This document shows, piece by piece, positions 42,701 to 56,649 of a stretch of DNA of 64,000 nucleotides. Positions within the stretch are counted from its first letter, which is position 1. Each line of letters begins with the position of its first letter. The notes beneath the pieces are model-generated. The model was not told the DNA's origin. It made no database searches and worked only from the letters and a program-made list of their open reading frames with translations. Both the position numbers and the translations under genes were made by a program. The stretch is from Eledone cirrhosa (lineage: Eukaryota), in contig OZ024744.1 in assembly GCA_964016885.1 (NCBI GenBank), positions 75,578,001 to 75,642,000 on the forward strand, written 5' to 3'.

Positions 42701-45700
42701 TATATATTATACAAATTGATAATAAAATAAAAAAAAAACATGTTTACATTACAACTAAATGATATTCTTTAAACCTATAGTTGCATTAATTGTTTCCTTC
42801 GCTAAGTTGTGTTTTCGGTGATTCGTAAGGTATTTTACGAGTTGGCTGAGCGTATTTGCGCTCTTTACGTCTCACATTTTACGCTACGGTGTATATAGGT
42901 GATGCGACCCTCTGTTGTACTGTTGTTGATGTACCATGTTTGTATTGTGGTTTACGAATGTCTAACTGTTAGAAACATCTTGTACCCGAAGATATAAAAA
43001 TACCACAAAATAATATCAAATTTAACTCGATAATATATTATATATATAATTATATATATATATATATATAACAGCTAGATCCGAACTTTATATATATATA
43101 TATATATAGTTAAGCGAAGAGTCTCTTGTAAATGATATCGAGCTACGTATTAAAATAAATATATATATTTATAATTCAATATAATTCCAAGTGTTCTTTC
43201 TATGGAGATGGTAGGATGTGATATGTTACTCCCTGGCCAGACGTATGATAAATACATGTCAGCTTTGATTATCTGAACTATTTGTTTTTGTTTTTTGTTT
43301 TAAACATCTAGCATCTAGAACTGCTTAATCGATGTCGTCTTTCCTTTGTGTAAGACAGTTGGGTGTCGTTTTAGGGAGATGTAACTGTTATTCCTTGCAG
43401 GTCGAATTGGCACGTAGAAACTCCCTCGTTTGCATGAAGAAATCAATGTCTTTTCCCCTTTTTTATGGGTGACAGGAATCCATTAATGAAAAGACAGAAA
43501 TTGAGTTTTCTAAGATGAGTTCATAGATGATGCAATGTCAATCCAAAATGGAAACTCATGATTTTATCTAATCCTAAATATCAATCATAGTAAGAGAATG
43601 ACAGAGAGGGAGAGAGAGGGGGGATATGGGGAGAATTCGGAGGATTATCATGGCGAATCGTATCAAAGATTTTTGGCCCCTGTCATAGAGAATCAATATT
43701 GTTCTTCATAGAATATTCGTGGCCTAAGAATTTATCTTCGTGTGACAAAAAGGTTAGTTATATAGTAGTCTCAATAATCTCTTCTGACCAATCAGAATGT
43801 CCCAACAGGTTTTATATAGCGTATTCCGTCTACTCAGCTTTATTAAAGAAGATAAGAAAAGGCGTGTGGTCCGGTGTAGTGTGGTTAGGTGAAACATCTA
43901 AGCATGTACATACAGTAGTTTATATATATATATAGATACATATTTATACACACATATATATATATATGTGTACATATATATGTATACACACAAACATATA
44001 TATATATATAATGTGTGGTGTATATTTCACAAAGGAATAATCATTATTATATGCTACTTACGTTGCATGCATAACTGAAACACAAATAAACAAGCATGAT
44101 GGCATCAATTCAATATGGTGGCGACTAAGTCAATGTTTTGGGAGGTTTATAATAAAATTCCCAGAAGATGCATTCTACATTTCTCAAATCATTTTCACAT
44201 ATTCGTCATATATCTCTGTCTGACTTCTGTCGAATACATTACACCAATTGTAGACCAAAACAATGATATATTCAAACAAAATACATAAACGAAAGATTCG
44301 AAATCCAGAAAACACGATTCCCTTGATTGAATCGCTTAGCATCTCTTCCTCTACCGCCATTTATTCTGATATACCTATACTCAATAGTGTTCCAGCTATA
44401 GCATGTGCTTTCTGTCAAGCCTGGTATATAATCCTGGCTACCATATCCAGTATGCTTTTTTCTTTTTTTTTCTATAAGGCGGTTGAGAGTAAATCATGGT
44501 AGCTAACTGGCAGAATCCTTAAAGAGTCGAGGATAATACCCCGTGGTATTAGTTCTGACTCTGCATTCTCAATTCAAATCTGGCAGCAGTTAAGTTGGCT
44601 GCTTATTTATTTCATAGTCGATAAATAAAGTACTAGTTAAATACAATGGTCAACTTTTCTGGATTGCATACGCAGCTTAAATGCTCGTCTGAATCATACA
44701 ATGGCGCACTGATACCACCTGGAAATTGCATTTATTACAATTGTCTGTATAATAATCAGCCATTTATGAGGGAGAATTCTGTCGATCGGACAGTTGAATG
44801 CTTACTTTCAAAATCGACGGAGAATCCAACAGGTTATGAATTGAACAAGATTTGGTTACTATTTCTAGCATTTCAAACAGACACGTAAAAACCTCTTTGG
44901 CTGAATGTAGCAATGGAAAATCATTTGGGCTCAACTGGTTATTCCAACATCTACTATTATATTAATACTTTAATATAGTAGCTTATGGTTTTCCTAACGT
45001 TAAGCACTACTGCCACTTACAATTTACTATGGTGGCACGGCTCAATGAGATGTTATTTGGCACCAATATTCAATAATGATCAAGCAAACTTATGCTAGGA
45101 GACTTTCCAGTCACGATCATTTTCATTTAAATTCAAACAGCTTTACTAAAACGACAATAGCGAACGTGCTTCATATTTTTAAAGCGGCTTGAGGAAAATG
45201 TGGTTGTTGTTTCTAGCATATCGAACAACTAACCAGTGAGTCCTACTGTTACGCATTTTGAAACTGTTTCTATAGTTCAGTATAGTCCTGGTATTCTGGT
45301 CTATAGTGTAAATGGAGCTGCTTTGGATGAGGCGAAGTGTGAAACAGGGGATTCAAACTGATTGATAAAATTCGAATTAATGATATAGCTGTGCTATGCA
45401 CTGCCACCGATTCAGTTGACTAAATCTCTTCGCATCACTTATACTCGTATGAACCAATGAGGAGGCTCCAATACCGCTGCTCAAGCTGCTCGGAGCACAA
45501 CAAATATCCCTCGAAGCACAACATTTCATCTTTGAGAAAAGTCTACCTTGGAATATGAAAAAGTTTCCGGATATTTTTTTAAAACAGAGGTTTGTCACCT
45601 TCCCTATCACATTTTCTTGGATATATTCATCAAATAAGCATAAACTGGTTGTGTGTGTTGTGTGTGTGTGTGTGAGATAGAGAGAATAAGCTCATCCACT

Positions 45701-46425
45701 TCTCAAATAGAATTATAATAATTGTGGAAGATGAAAAGTTGATTTCTTTCTTTTCTTTTTTTACTTTATTCATTCAAATCAATGTTTCTGATATTAATCT
45801 TTGGTGTGTTTTCAATTGTACATCTTTATTTCATTTTATTTTTGTTATATATTTTTTACTTCTGCTTTGTTTTTTTTTTTTGTGTGTGTGTGGGGGGGGG
45901 GGGGGGGGTTAATAAATTTGTTTTGTTCGAGTGAATATGTGATTGCTACTATGACTGTGGCGAGCACTCCACCCTGCTACTTCCGAAGCGTCCAACTTAC
46001 AACAATTGTAAATTTTGCCAGAAATATATGTAAATATCTAAAGAAAACCTTTTTTTTTTATCCTATGTAATGAGGTGGGCCCTCAAACCACTCGAAAGAC
46101 TTCTATTAATAAAACTGAAGCCAAAAAAAGTTACATTTTTTTTTTCTTTTTCATAAGTTAATCCTGTTAATTTTTTTCCTTCGCGCATCTTTTAGAAGCG
46201 TCCGTTCATTTTCAGCATACAACAACAACAACAACAGCTGTAATAGTAACAAGAACAAAGGTAAACGAATAGAAGAGATTAGACAAAAGTAATGTCCTCA
46301 GGAAACTACGTTGTCTGATACAAATAGGGAACCGCTATAAAACAACAACATTGTGACTAAAACAATATTTAGAAGCAAGAAAACGAGAACTGATTATAGT
46401 GATAAAGAAGTATGTAAGCAAAAGC

Positions 46426-46477
<52 letters not shown>

Positions 46478-47394
46478 AAACAATAAAGTATAACTTGAAA
46501 ACTAACTACACAGAAGTAAAATATTTATAACTTAACATAAAACTTGAAAAAATAAAAAAAAAAACAAGATAAAATCAAAACGGAATTGAAAAATGTTTTT
46601 GTTTTTAAATGGAGAGAAAAACCACATCATGTCCAATATTGTGCAAGATTCAACAGAGAGGAAGTAAGCCAGAGGGAAAGCCAGTAAAAGCTCTGAATGG
46701 AATGAAAAAAAAAACAAAAAAACGTTTGGTTTTAGATGCCTAAAAGAACGCTTCGCTAGAGAAACATATCGTGGGACAAGAAGAAGAAGAAGAAGAAGAA
46801 GAAGACTTTTCTTTCCTTTAGCTAAAATGGATAATTTACCTGGAGCAGTAGCTGGGTTACAACTACGGGATGACAGAACTGGTAAATGATAGGTTCTGTC
46901 GTAGTAATATACTTCTAAACGAGGCTGTTTAACAAAATTGCTATATAAACAAAATATTGAAAACCATGGGTAGCATCGATGGCAGAATATGCTTTCAATG
47001 CAAAAGACATTTGACGATATCACTTCCAGTTAGCCCAGCCTTTATAAAGTTCGCTTATAATCAAAGACATGACTGAGTCGGCAGTTATGTCCACTATGCA
47101 TATTTCAAGTGAAAACGAATAAATTCCGTATAAGCATGAACCAAACACGGTATATGACAACAACTTGGCTCAAATAATCTAAAACGAACCCGTTCAGACT
47201 AACAAGGTCACCAAAATGAGAGAAAAAGAAAGAAAAAATACAGCAATAGAAATGTCTTTTGTTCTTTTGACCTTTATACTTTCTGAACACACATCTTTCG
47301 GAAAAGGTCCGAGAAACTATTAAAGTTTGATGTTGAAATTGCAACAAGCAAGAAGCGGAACCTATAGTGAAAACTACTAAGAATATATATATAT

Positions 47395-48365
47395 AGCAGC
47401 AGTACCCAGCGTTGCCTGGGTAGGTAAAATAATATCTGCTTTGATGAAAAGGTGTTGATCTTAGCGACTGCTTCTCGATGACTCATCTATAGCCACACAC
47501 AGGCCATGCAGGGGAGGGTGGTGATGACCTCTATCACTGAGAAACGCGGGTGACGAAGGGGCATGGTGGGGGAAGGAGGTAATGACCTCTAACACTAAGC
47601 CAAATTTCCTCACGCTACTTGATTCTCAAATACACAACTAAAAGCTCAGACGACGTCAGTGGCCATCGTTTTGCCTTTGACCATCTATAAGATATGCAAT
47701 GATAGGTTCTATCGTAGTATAAAAGTTGAACCAAATAAATTGATTTATGTGTGAGGTGGAACCGAAGTTTCGACTTTGAACGAAATCGGTTGAAAAATGT
47801 GGGAGCTAGAGCCGAAAAGACGGAAATTTGAGCGAAAAGATGGTATTTTCGAATATTTAAGTGGCTGCCACGCCGCTCCTGAACAAAAAATCCCAAATGT
47901 CAAGCCACTTTAAAATCTAGCGTAGTGTAAAATTCGAACAAAGTAGGTTGATTAATGTGGGAGCTAGAGCCGAAAAAGTGGAGATTTGAGTCTAAAAGTG
48001 TTTTTTTTAATATTTAAGCGGCTGCCACGCCGTCCCTGAACAACAAATGCAAAATATAAAGCCTTTACAGGAAGTGCAATGATAAATTCTATTTTGCTTT
48101 CAAATTTGAACGAAATCGGTGGCAAAATGTGGAAGCTAGCGCCAGAAATCTTATTTTTCGATACCTAAAAAAAGGTGCCCCCCCCCCCCCCCCGCTATCA
48201 ATTTTTATCTGCAGAATGACCCGGAATAAAAAAACGATACGCTGATATATAGAAAACACCCCCCGATGACTAATCTATGAGCCTGTAAAGTTTCCTGAAA
48301 ATCGGTCGTAAGATGTAGGCCCCTATAGGTAATACACAGACACACATACTTGATTTTATATATAT
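47395..48365 (-). mobile_element. Non-autonomous Helitron with internal ~160-bp subrepeats
   Basis: Minus-strand 5' TATATATAAAATCAAGTATGTGTGTCTGTG and 3' hairpin cccaggcaacgctggg followed by tactgctgcta(t), paralleling the ends of the 17697 element; aatgtggRagctag blocks near 47797, 47955 and 48126. Ends are blurred by (TA)n. Confidence 0.75.
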
Positions 48366-48367
48366 AC

Positions 48368-48447
<80 letters not shown>

Positions 48448-49608
48448 AAGGAGTGCTAGATATGATAAACTCACATTTTCATTATTCTACATAACAAACA
48501 CAATCCTAAAACAATACAAGACAATTGTACATCATCAAAACACAAAGCTGCACATATTTCAAGAATGTGGATGTGTATGAGGTTGTGAAGTAGAAACTCC
48601 CATAAAACTGTTGAAAACATGATAATGACGACCATGATGATGATGCTGATAGTTATGTCTACCATAGTAGTTAGCTGATATTTTATATACCGACGCCAGA
48701 AGAATAAATGACAACGATGTCCTCAGCGAGATTTGAACTTCGAACATAAATGGTACAAGGAATTTTGACCGACACATTAACGATTCTCCCGATCCATTGT
48801 TCAGTATTTCTAACACACGGTCAGAAATTTGCGTAAAGATCAGCAGCCGATTATTTTGTCCCCAGTACTAGATTAGAATTTTTTTTATCTATCTATCTCA
48901 GAATCTTACAGCCAGTGCTGTTACCCTCTTTTCCTCCCTAGCAAAGGTGACCATAGTGAGATTTGAACTCAGGAAGTGGGAGGTTATTAACTAAATTCCG
49001 GAAAACATTCAAATTCTGTACTCTGCTTAATCTGCTCTCCACCGTCCTTATAATATAGTTTCTACTACAATCTTTGTAACAGATAAAACAAACAAAATTA
49101 TTACTATAAACTTTCACTCAATATTACACTTATGACAATCATCATCATTATTATCACCACTGCCACCGAGATTGCGCTTAAATGTTTGCACAACCTTATA
49201 CTTATACTTAGCTGTGTCTGTTTCAACTTGTTAGATGACACGTGCCTTAACTACTTTACTTCTCTCTCCCTCACTGTCTATCTTTTACACACACACAAAT
49301 ACAGAGGACATTCGTGAGATTTCAATTATCATGATTTGTTATTTTTATCATTGTGAGGTCGGTGGAGAAGAGCCGAGACAGCTGAGAGTTGCTCTGCTTG
49401 TAGACGTCATGCATTACTCGGTCTGAGTTGAGAAACTCCGCCATGAAAATGGGAGTATGGGGAGGGGGGAAACAAGAGAGAGAGGGAGGAGTTGTTTAAC
49501 TGCTTTCATCTTGCCGAAGTTGAAATTGAAAACAATAAATAAAAGAGAAAAAAAATGTACTACCAGAATACGAAGTAATCGTTGTTATTATTATTATTAT
49601 TATTGGAT

Positions 49609-49855
49609 GAGTTCAAATCCCACCGAGGTTAGCTTTGCCTGCCTTTCATCCTTACGGGGTCGATAAAATAAAGTACCAGTAATGCATTGGAGTCGATTTA
49701 ATCGACTTTCCCCACCCCAAAATTACTGGCCTTGTGCCTATACTAGGAATCATTATTATTATTGGTGTTCAAATCCCGCCTAGGTTAGCTTTGCCTTTCA
49801 TACTTACGGAGTCAATTTAAATGTTGCTGGACTTGTGCCTAAAGTAGAAACAATT
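49609..49855 (+). mobile_element. Two 5'-truncated family 1 SINEs
   Basis: Both begin at the B-box (gttcaaatccc) and carry core and tail sequence. Confidence 0.8.
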
Positions 49856-50296
49856 ATTATCATTGTAGTAGTAGTAGTAATAGTAGTAGTAGTAGTACAA
49901 TATTATAAGTACCAGTCAAGTACTGAATCGTTAAAATTTTCAATTTTACGATTTTGCCTTTGTGTCTAAGTTAAAAATCAAAATACGTATTTATAAGAGT
50001 GCTGGGTTACAGAACCAGTTGAGTACTAATAGGTGCGATATCAAGGCTCTGTATTTGAGAAGTTTGTTTTGCAACTACATAGTTGCTTCCAATCGGAGAG
50101 ACAATCTGTTTTTGATTCGTAGCAGGCTTAATCCGTCACTCGGTTTCACACCACCACCATCACTACCGCCACCCGACCTTGGATGTTTTTATAACATCAG
50201 AAACAACTTAACAAATCCACAACGAAATAATACAGATACTAGTATATACACACAGTATTAATTCTCCCAACGACAGACAGCACAATGATTATTAAT

Positions 50297-50521
50297 AATT
50301 GTTTCTACTTTTAGCACAAGGCCAACAATTATCCCAGTGTATTACTGGTACTTTATTTTATCGACCCCGTAAGGATGAAAGACAAGGGGAAGGAGGGGAA
50401 AGTCAATTAAATCGACGCCAGTGCGATACTGGTACTTTATTTTATCGACCCTGTAAGGATGAAAGGAAAAGTTAACCTCGGCAGCATTTGAACTCAAAAT
50501 GTAAAGCACCGTAACTCTATA
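50297..50521 (-). mobile_element. Family 1 SINE with a duplicated core
   Basis: tactggtactttattttatcgaccc.gtaaggatgaaag occurs twice (near 50343 and 50427). Confidence 0.8.
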
Positions 50522-51825
50522 CCTACTCACCTCCCTAATAATAATAATAATAATAATTTATTTCATTTCATTTGCTGCCAGTGCCTATTCGTTACAAATA
50601 TACGTCGAGATGAACAAAATATAATTAAATAAAAATATGAGATTTTAATTTTTTGAGACGTTATTTTATGCTTAAAAGTACTCAAAATAATAAAATGAAT
50701 GGATGTCCATTAGCCCACGTGGTATGGCATGGACCCGTAACTCCCGACGGAGTCGTAGGAGCACCATATCTTAGTACAGCGTTTCTAGTGCACTTCTTAA
50801 ACCTGGCAGAGCCCATCTCCTCTCCAGGCCTGAATGCAATAGATTTCTTCCAAAGAAGCATATAAAGAGTGGGAGAATGGAATTGAGAAAGAAATACAGA
50901 GGAAAAGTTGACCCAAGTACTAGACTGGTGCTTTTTTATCCATCATGAATGGATGAAAAGCAAAGTTGACCTCGGTGGGATTTGAACCCGGAGAACACAG
51001 AGCCGATATGAATACTGCAAAGCATTCTATCCAACGTTCTAACGACTTTGCCATTTCACCACCTTAGTCACATACTGTGACTCTAATGTGTTGACAGATT
51101 TATGAAACATTTCAGCTTTCTTCCTTGCCCAGTCCTCAGTTTTAAAACTAGCCAACCTTTAGACTAGATACTGATCCACACATGGTTATGATTATCGTTA
51201 ATTATTCCACCAATGGCATAAAAACACCGGTTCTGCTTTTAGCAATATAGTTATAGGGGACCTACCCCTCTCTCCTTCTTAGGTGAAGATTTCAAGCAAA
51301 GACGTGCCTTTCTTGGCCACAAAACTAACAGTTTTTTTTCTCTCAGTCAGAATGGTCCCTACCTATTGCATTTTTGTTAGTGCTGGAATCAGGGAAATAA
51401 AATCTAACTTCTTCAGTTTTCTTCATTTGGCAGTATGTGTGCATGAGCGTTGTTGTTGTTGTTAGGAGGGGTGGTGATCGTAGTATTAGTGCTGTTGTAC
51501 CTTTTGTTTATGTCATGCAAATTCATGTTTTGGAGCATGGAACTGTGACTGTCTGAGCTTGCGATTATAACTTTTCTTTTACTGCCAGATTTTCTATAGT
51601 TCTTTTTTTATATATAATTATTCTTATCTTTTGCTTTTAATTCGTTTTCTCGTTTTCTTGTATTTGTAGATTGTTTCAACGTTATGTTGTTTTTTTTTGT
51701 TTTTTTGTGATGGTGGGGTGGGGGTGGGGTTCTATGCTACTTCTTATCTTCGTAATACCTCTTTCTGCTTCTCTAGTACAGAAAGTTATAATGACTATTT
51801 TAAATACAAGAAACTAAATTAAAAT

Positions 51826-52017
51826 AATTGTTTCTACTTTTGGCACAAAAGCCAGCAATTATCCCAGTGAATAACTGGTGCTTTATTTTATCAACCCTGT
51901 AAGGATGAAAGGCAAAGTTGACCTGATCGGGATTTGAACTCAGACCATAAAGGGCCGTAACTCTTTGCTGCAAAGCATGGCGTCAGACCCTCTACCGATG
52001 CTGCCAATCCACCGCCC
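51826..52017 (-). mobile_element. tRNA-derived SINE, family 1
   Basis: Full-length reverse-complement copy. Confidence 0.88.
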
Positions 52018-53292
52018 TAAATTAAACTAAAAGACAGACCTGTTTTTCCTATGTATTAGGATATACGTCCCAACATGTCGAAGTACCCTGTTTTTGTGAA
52101 ATATTCCAGAAGAGAAAATGTTTCATCTATATAAATATTTGGTAATAATCCAGTCTCATTGGAGCCATCACTAGGGACTTTTGCATAAAGCAGAACACAA
52201 AAACCATTAATACCCACAACAATAATATTAATTTCTCGCATAAGCACAAGGCCACAAAATGTAGGGAGACTACTTAATCTGTACTTATTAATTATGAACA
52301 AGGGAGTGAGTCCTTTGGCTTCTTGGTCAACTGCTGAGGCTAAGGACAAGGTGAACCTGTCCTTCATGGTTCGCCAATTTTTAATATCTGAATGGCCTGT
52401 CTGTTGAAATGAATGTCACTGCACCCTGCGGTTCTCCTTAAAACTATATTCAAACCTGTTTCACTTTTGATGAGACACAAACAGGTAAACTTTTACTTTT
52501 CGCCATCCTGAATCACTTCGAATAAAGTGACGTAGAATTTGCTTACACGGTCTTGCCATTGATTCTCATGGAGTTCTCGGTTTGACCATACTTCAAAATT
52601 AACTACACGAATTAATACAAGCAAAACTGTTTCTTTTTTCATTTGTAATTCTGTTTGCCGAAGTATTTGTGAAATAGTGTTAGTGTTGCTTTTTTTGTTA
52701 TTGTCAAACGACACATTAACATCACACTCAGTGTTTAAAATGCCATTGTGTTTGTTCTAAAGTCCTGTGTGTCTATGCGAAATATTCCTGTCCATGTTCA
52801 TTTCATTTGGTATTTACATAGATATTTTGATTTTCTTTTAAATGTGCGGATTCATCTGTCATCGCCATGATGTCAAAAATTCGACAGAAATTCAAACAAG
52901 TCAAAATTTAAAAAATCCAAATAAATTGTTATTTTGTCCCAAAAGTGCAAAAAATTAATATATAACTTGGATATTCAATGGTATACATATAAATAGAAAC
53001 TGTTTTACTCTTAAAACCCGTTAATAATCGAAATTCTGGGAAGCAAAAATAAATACATTTCGGCAACATAAAGACACCCTACGTTAATTCAGAAGGTATA
53101 ATTTGTTTTGCTTTTCTTTTCAGGTGATATTCCTGATTATTCCTGATGTCATAAACATTGTAATTGGTGTGAAGAGAATTAGGTATAACTTAGGGAACAA
53201 CCCTAGCCGCTATTCCCTATTGAACATGCCCATAGACTATGTGAAACGATATGTTAAATCTATGAAGTTACTTCTAGCTAAATGGTTATTAC

Positions 53293-53350
<58 letters not shown>

Positions 53351-54561
53351 AACAGGGTATACAATTCTTTTGGTTGAGGGTTTCCTAATATTACTTAATC
53401 TGTTGTCACAAATATATCTGATGGTGCTTTGGTGTGTAACTTATTCATTAATGCATATACATGCCCACGTGTATGCTACTTCTGAGTTGTCCTGGGCTCG
53501 ATCTCACTTTACCGTCAATTGTCTTCTATTCCTAGCATGAACAAAAGTAGCAAGAAAAACAAATGACGAAATAACGCAACAGAGGGTGAGGCATTTCTAT
53601 AGTTCCCTAACTGATGCAAACGTACCATTACGTCTTTTTAGATATATAGGACTACATTGTCAAACATGTATTTTCTTACATAAAGATAGTACAGGGGGGT
53701 TTTGCTTCTATTTCCAGCAGGTCTGGTGACCAGATTGAGGCGTCTTCATTGCAGTATAATGCATTGATATGAATAAACAAACTCAATTCTATATTAGTAA
53801 GGTTGGTGGATATATAACAGCATAAACTACTTTCTCGAACACGAAATATATATATATATATATACATATAAGTTCAAAAGCTATCATAATTATTATGATT
53901 AATGGTCGAAAATGATTTATTTGTCATTTTATTTAGCTCCAGGGCAGCCTTAATACACAAAACTTAATCTATGATCAAAGACATTCCAGTCATGAAACTT
54001 CTAATAATGTTTTTTTTTGTTTTTTTTAACAGCGTATATTATCCACAATGTGCAGTGGAAGGAAGATTTGGCTGTTATTTCTACCATGTCGAGTTAGCAC
54101 GGAGATGAACCTTAGTTTTATTTTTTTAATAACGTATTAAGTTTGACTTTTATTGATATAGTTAATATAATATTGATCGATTTGTATTGCTGTTATATAT
54201 GTTTTATTGATTTTGATGAGTTAAATGGAAAATTGACTTTGGCTTCGAGAGTTAAAAATCATCCACCTTGAATCACACGCAAAATAAATGAATAAATAAA
54301 AAACAAAAAAAATATCCATTCCTAGACAATACAATTCAACCCAGTTTATGTAGCGCAGAGAAGTTAAGAGGTGGATTTGTCCAGAACATGACGTTAATCC
54401 ATTGTAAGTACTGATACCACCACGCCTATACATAGACATGAGACATTGAGGGAGAGAGTGCTTCTATATTGTCCCTCTACTCGCAAGAAAGCGCAGTTAA
54501 ATCTTCCTCAATATATAGTATACAATTTTAAAAAACATACAAGTCAAGACGTATTATAATA

Positions 54562-54744
54562 GGAATGGCAATATCGGTAGAGGGTTGGACGCTACGCTTT
54601 GCAGCCTAGAGTTACGGCCCTTTACGATTTGAGATCAAATCCCGCCGTGGTTAATTTTTGCCTTTCATCCTTACGCGGTCGATAAAATATAGTACCAGTA
54701 ATGCACTGAGGATTGTACTGGCTTTGAGGCAAAAGTAGAAACAA
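54562..54744 (+). mobile_element. tRNA-derived SINE, family 1
   Basis: A/B boxes, core and tail. Confidence 0.85.
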
Positions 54745-55351
54745 TGATAATAGCAACCTAATTATTAATACTACACAAATGTATGATAGGGCTGAAGATA
54801 TAATTTTGCCTTATTTTGCTCAAAATTCCACGTAATTTCTTATATATACACGTCCTTTACCACATGAAACCACATTAGCAAGACACTCTTGAAAAGTACA
54901 AAACAGCACCATGACGCCATCTCATTAACGATTCAAACCTTTAACTTTAATAACTTTGATAGGTTTCGACCACTATTGGCCCCGGCCATGTCTAATTTAA
55001 TAGCACCACCTGGCGAAATGTTTCAAATCAGTATTTGGACACCATAGCCCACTCAAATAGAGGGTTATTGTTTACGGAGACATATCCGGATGTAGGAGGT
55101 TTTTCCGAGATTTTTGGGGGGAATTTGTCCAAAGACTTTGAATTTTATGGGACCTGTTTCTGTTTTAATACTGCAAATTTTTACAAACACCTGTCTTCCA
55201 TTAAAAACACTATAAACATTTGAATTAACAAACTCAATTTTAGATATCTTCTGTTAAATTATCATAGGATGTTAAGCAATAATTAAATGGAAATATTCTT
55301 TGAATTAAAAATTCATATTACGAGTATTAGTATTATTATAATTTTCAAAAA

Positions 55352-55582
55352 GGGCAGTGGATTGGAAGTATCCGTAGAGCTTCGGACACCATGCTTCGCG
55401 GCATAGAGTTACGGCTCTTTACATTCTAATTTCAAGTCCTGCCGAGGTTAGATTTGCCTTTCATCCTTACGGAGTCGATAAAATAAAGTACCTGTAATGC
55501 ATTGGAGTCGATTTAATGGAACCCCTCCATCCCAACCTTGCCCCCCCAAAAAATTGCTGGCCTTGTGCCTAATGTAGAAACA
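55352..55582 (+). mobile_element. tRNA-derived SINE, family 1
   Basis: A/B boxes, core and tail. Confidence 0.85.
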
Positions 55583-55592
55583 TTTTTAATTT

Positions 55593-55786
55593 CTAAGGTT
55601 TCACGCGAATTTGTACTACGCTAGACCTCTGTGTTCTTCAGACGTTTACATTGAACTGTAAGGTATTTTATATGCAATCGTGTGTTGAAACAGATATTGT
55701 TATATTTGGGGAGGGTCATATTGTCCTAATATAATATTAGAATAACATGACCATCCCCAAATATGACAATTATTGTTATCTGTTTT
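55593..55786 (-). mobile_element. Fold-back element with a minus-strand hammerhead-like core
   Basis: CTGAAGA (55641-55635)...GAAACCTTAG (55602-55593); imperfect ~35-bp inverted repeat at about 55687-55724/55745-55786; related sequence inverted at 63612-63695. Confidence 0.5.
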
Positions 55787-55940
55787 CCCTCCTTTTACAT
55801 GTACTTATGTAAATTCCCGTTGCCCCAGTTTATTTATATTTTTCCCTGTTTTATCCCTAGTGGCCAATAAATATATAACCATTTATATATGTACACTAAT
55901 GAAATTTATTGAAATAAAAATGTGTCTAATTATATATATA

Positions 55941-56130
55941 TAATACAGAAATGGCATCTACAGGATTAGAACTGTTTCATTCGGGAGAAATCAACAGGAA
56001 GCCCTGAGGATTTCTCCCGAATAAAAGAGTTCTAGTCCTGTAGAAGCCGTTTCTGTATTAAATATTTATATTCTGCTATGTATTGACTACCTTACTTACT
56101 GCGGTTACCCCCGATTGAAGCCGGGATAAA
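55941..56130 (+). mobile_element. Family A fold-back element: 58-bp arms each containing a mutated hammerhead core
   Basis: Arms 55941-55998 and 56003-56060, loop aagc. Plus strand: CTGAGGA-t-ttc-tccc-gaa-t-aAAAg. Minus strand: CTGtTGA-t-ttc-tccc-gaa-t-GAAACAGTTC. Confidence 0.8.
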
Positions 56131-56156
56131 GATATATATATATATATATATATATA

Positions 56157-56417
56157 GTGGTAGAACGCTGGAAGCTAATATCCGTCGTGGTAGAGTACTC
56201 AGTCCATGGGACGAGTTAGGTAGAAGTGGTTACACAACAGTTAGTTCACCATACTGAGAATAATTGTTTCTCCTCAGCTCGTAATGGACATGGTTATACG
56301 TATAACCATGTTTATTACGAGCTGAGGATCCGCTAAGGTGAAACAATTGTTCTCGGTATGGTGTATATATATATATATATATTTATAGAAGTGGATACAC
56401 AACAGTTAGTTCACCAT
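56157..56417 (-). mobile_element. Family D fold-back element
   Basis: Palindrome 56247-56363 centred on 56299/56300; minus-strand tail hairpin ACTC-N12-GAGTACT at 56216-56194; 56221-56253 is duplicated at about 56386-56417. Confidence 0.8.
56318..56355 (+). ncRNA. Type I hammerhead ribozyme, intact core
   Basis: Helix I cgag/ctcg; CTGAGGA at 56322-56328; helix II t-cc-gctaa-gg-t; GAAA at 56340-56343; palindromic helix III ACAATTGT; GUU triplet, predicted cut after 56351. Confidence 0.78.
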
Positions 56418-56584
56418 ATATATAAATAAATATATATATATATATTATATATATGTAAAAGTTCTATTTAAATTGTTGAGATACAACAAGCAAATACTTT
56501 TATAACTGATATAAAGCACTCAACAAATATTTGGAGTAAAAATACGATATTACCAAATGGAAACTATATTTATAAAACCATATT

Positions 56585-56649
56585 TATTTCATTATACATA
56601 TTTCAAGGACACCAAGTTAAATTATGGTGTGCTTTCATCAGATAAAATA
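56585..56649 (-). ncRNA. Type I hammerhead ribozyme (mirror copy)
   Basis: Exact reverse complement of 56787-56851; CTGATGA at 56641-56635. Confidence 0.85.

Noticed and set aside
45300-45630. Unique, GC-richer segment with a 77-aa minus-strand ORF
   Set aside because: No frame gives a recognisable protein or consistent splice sites; it may be UTR.
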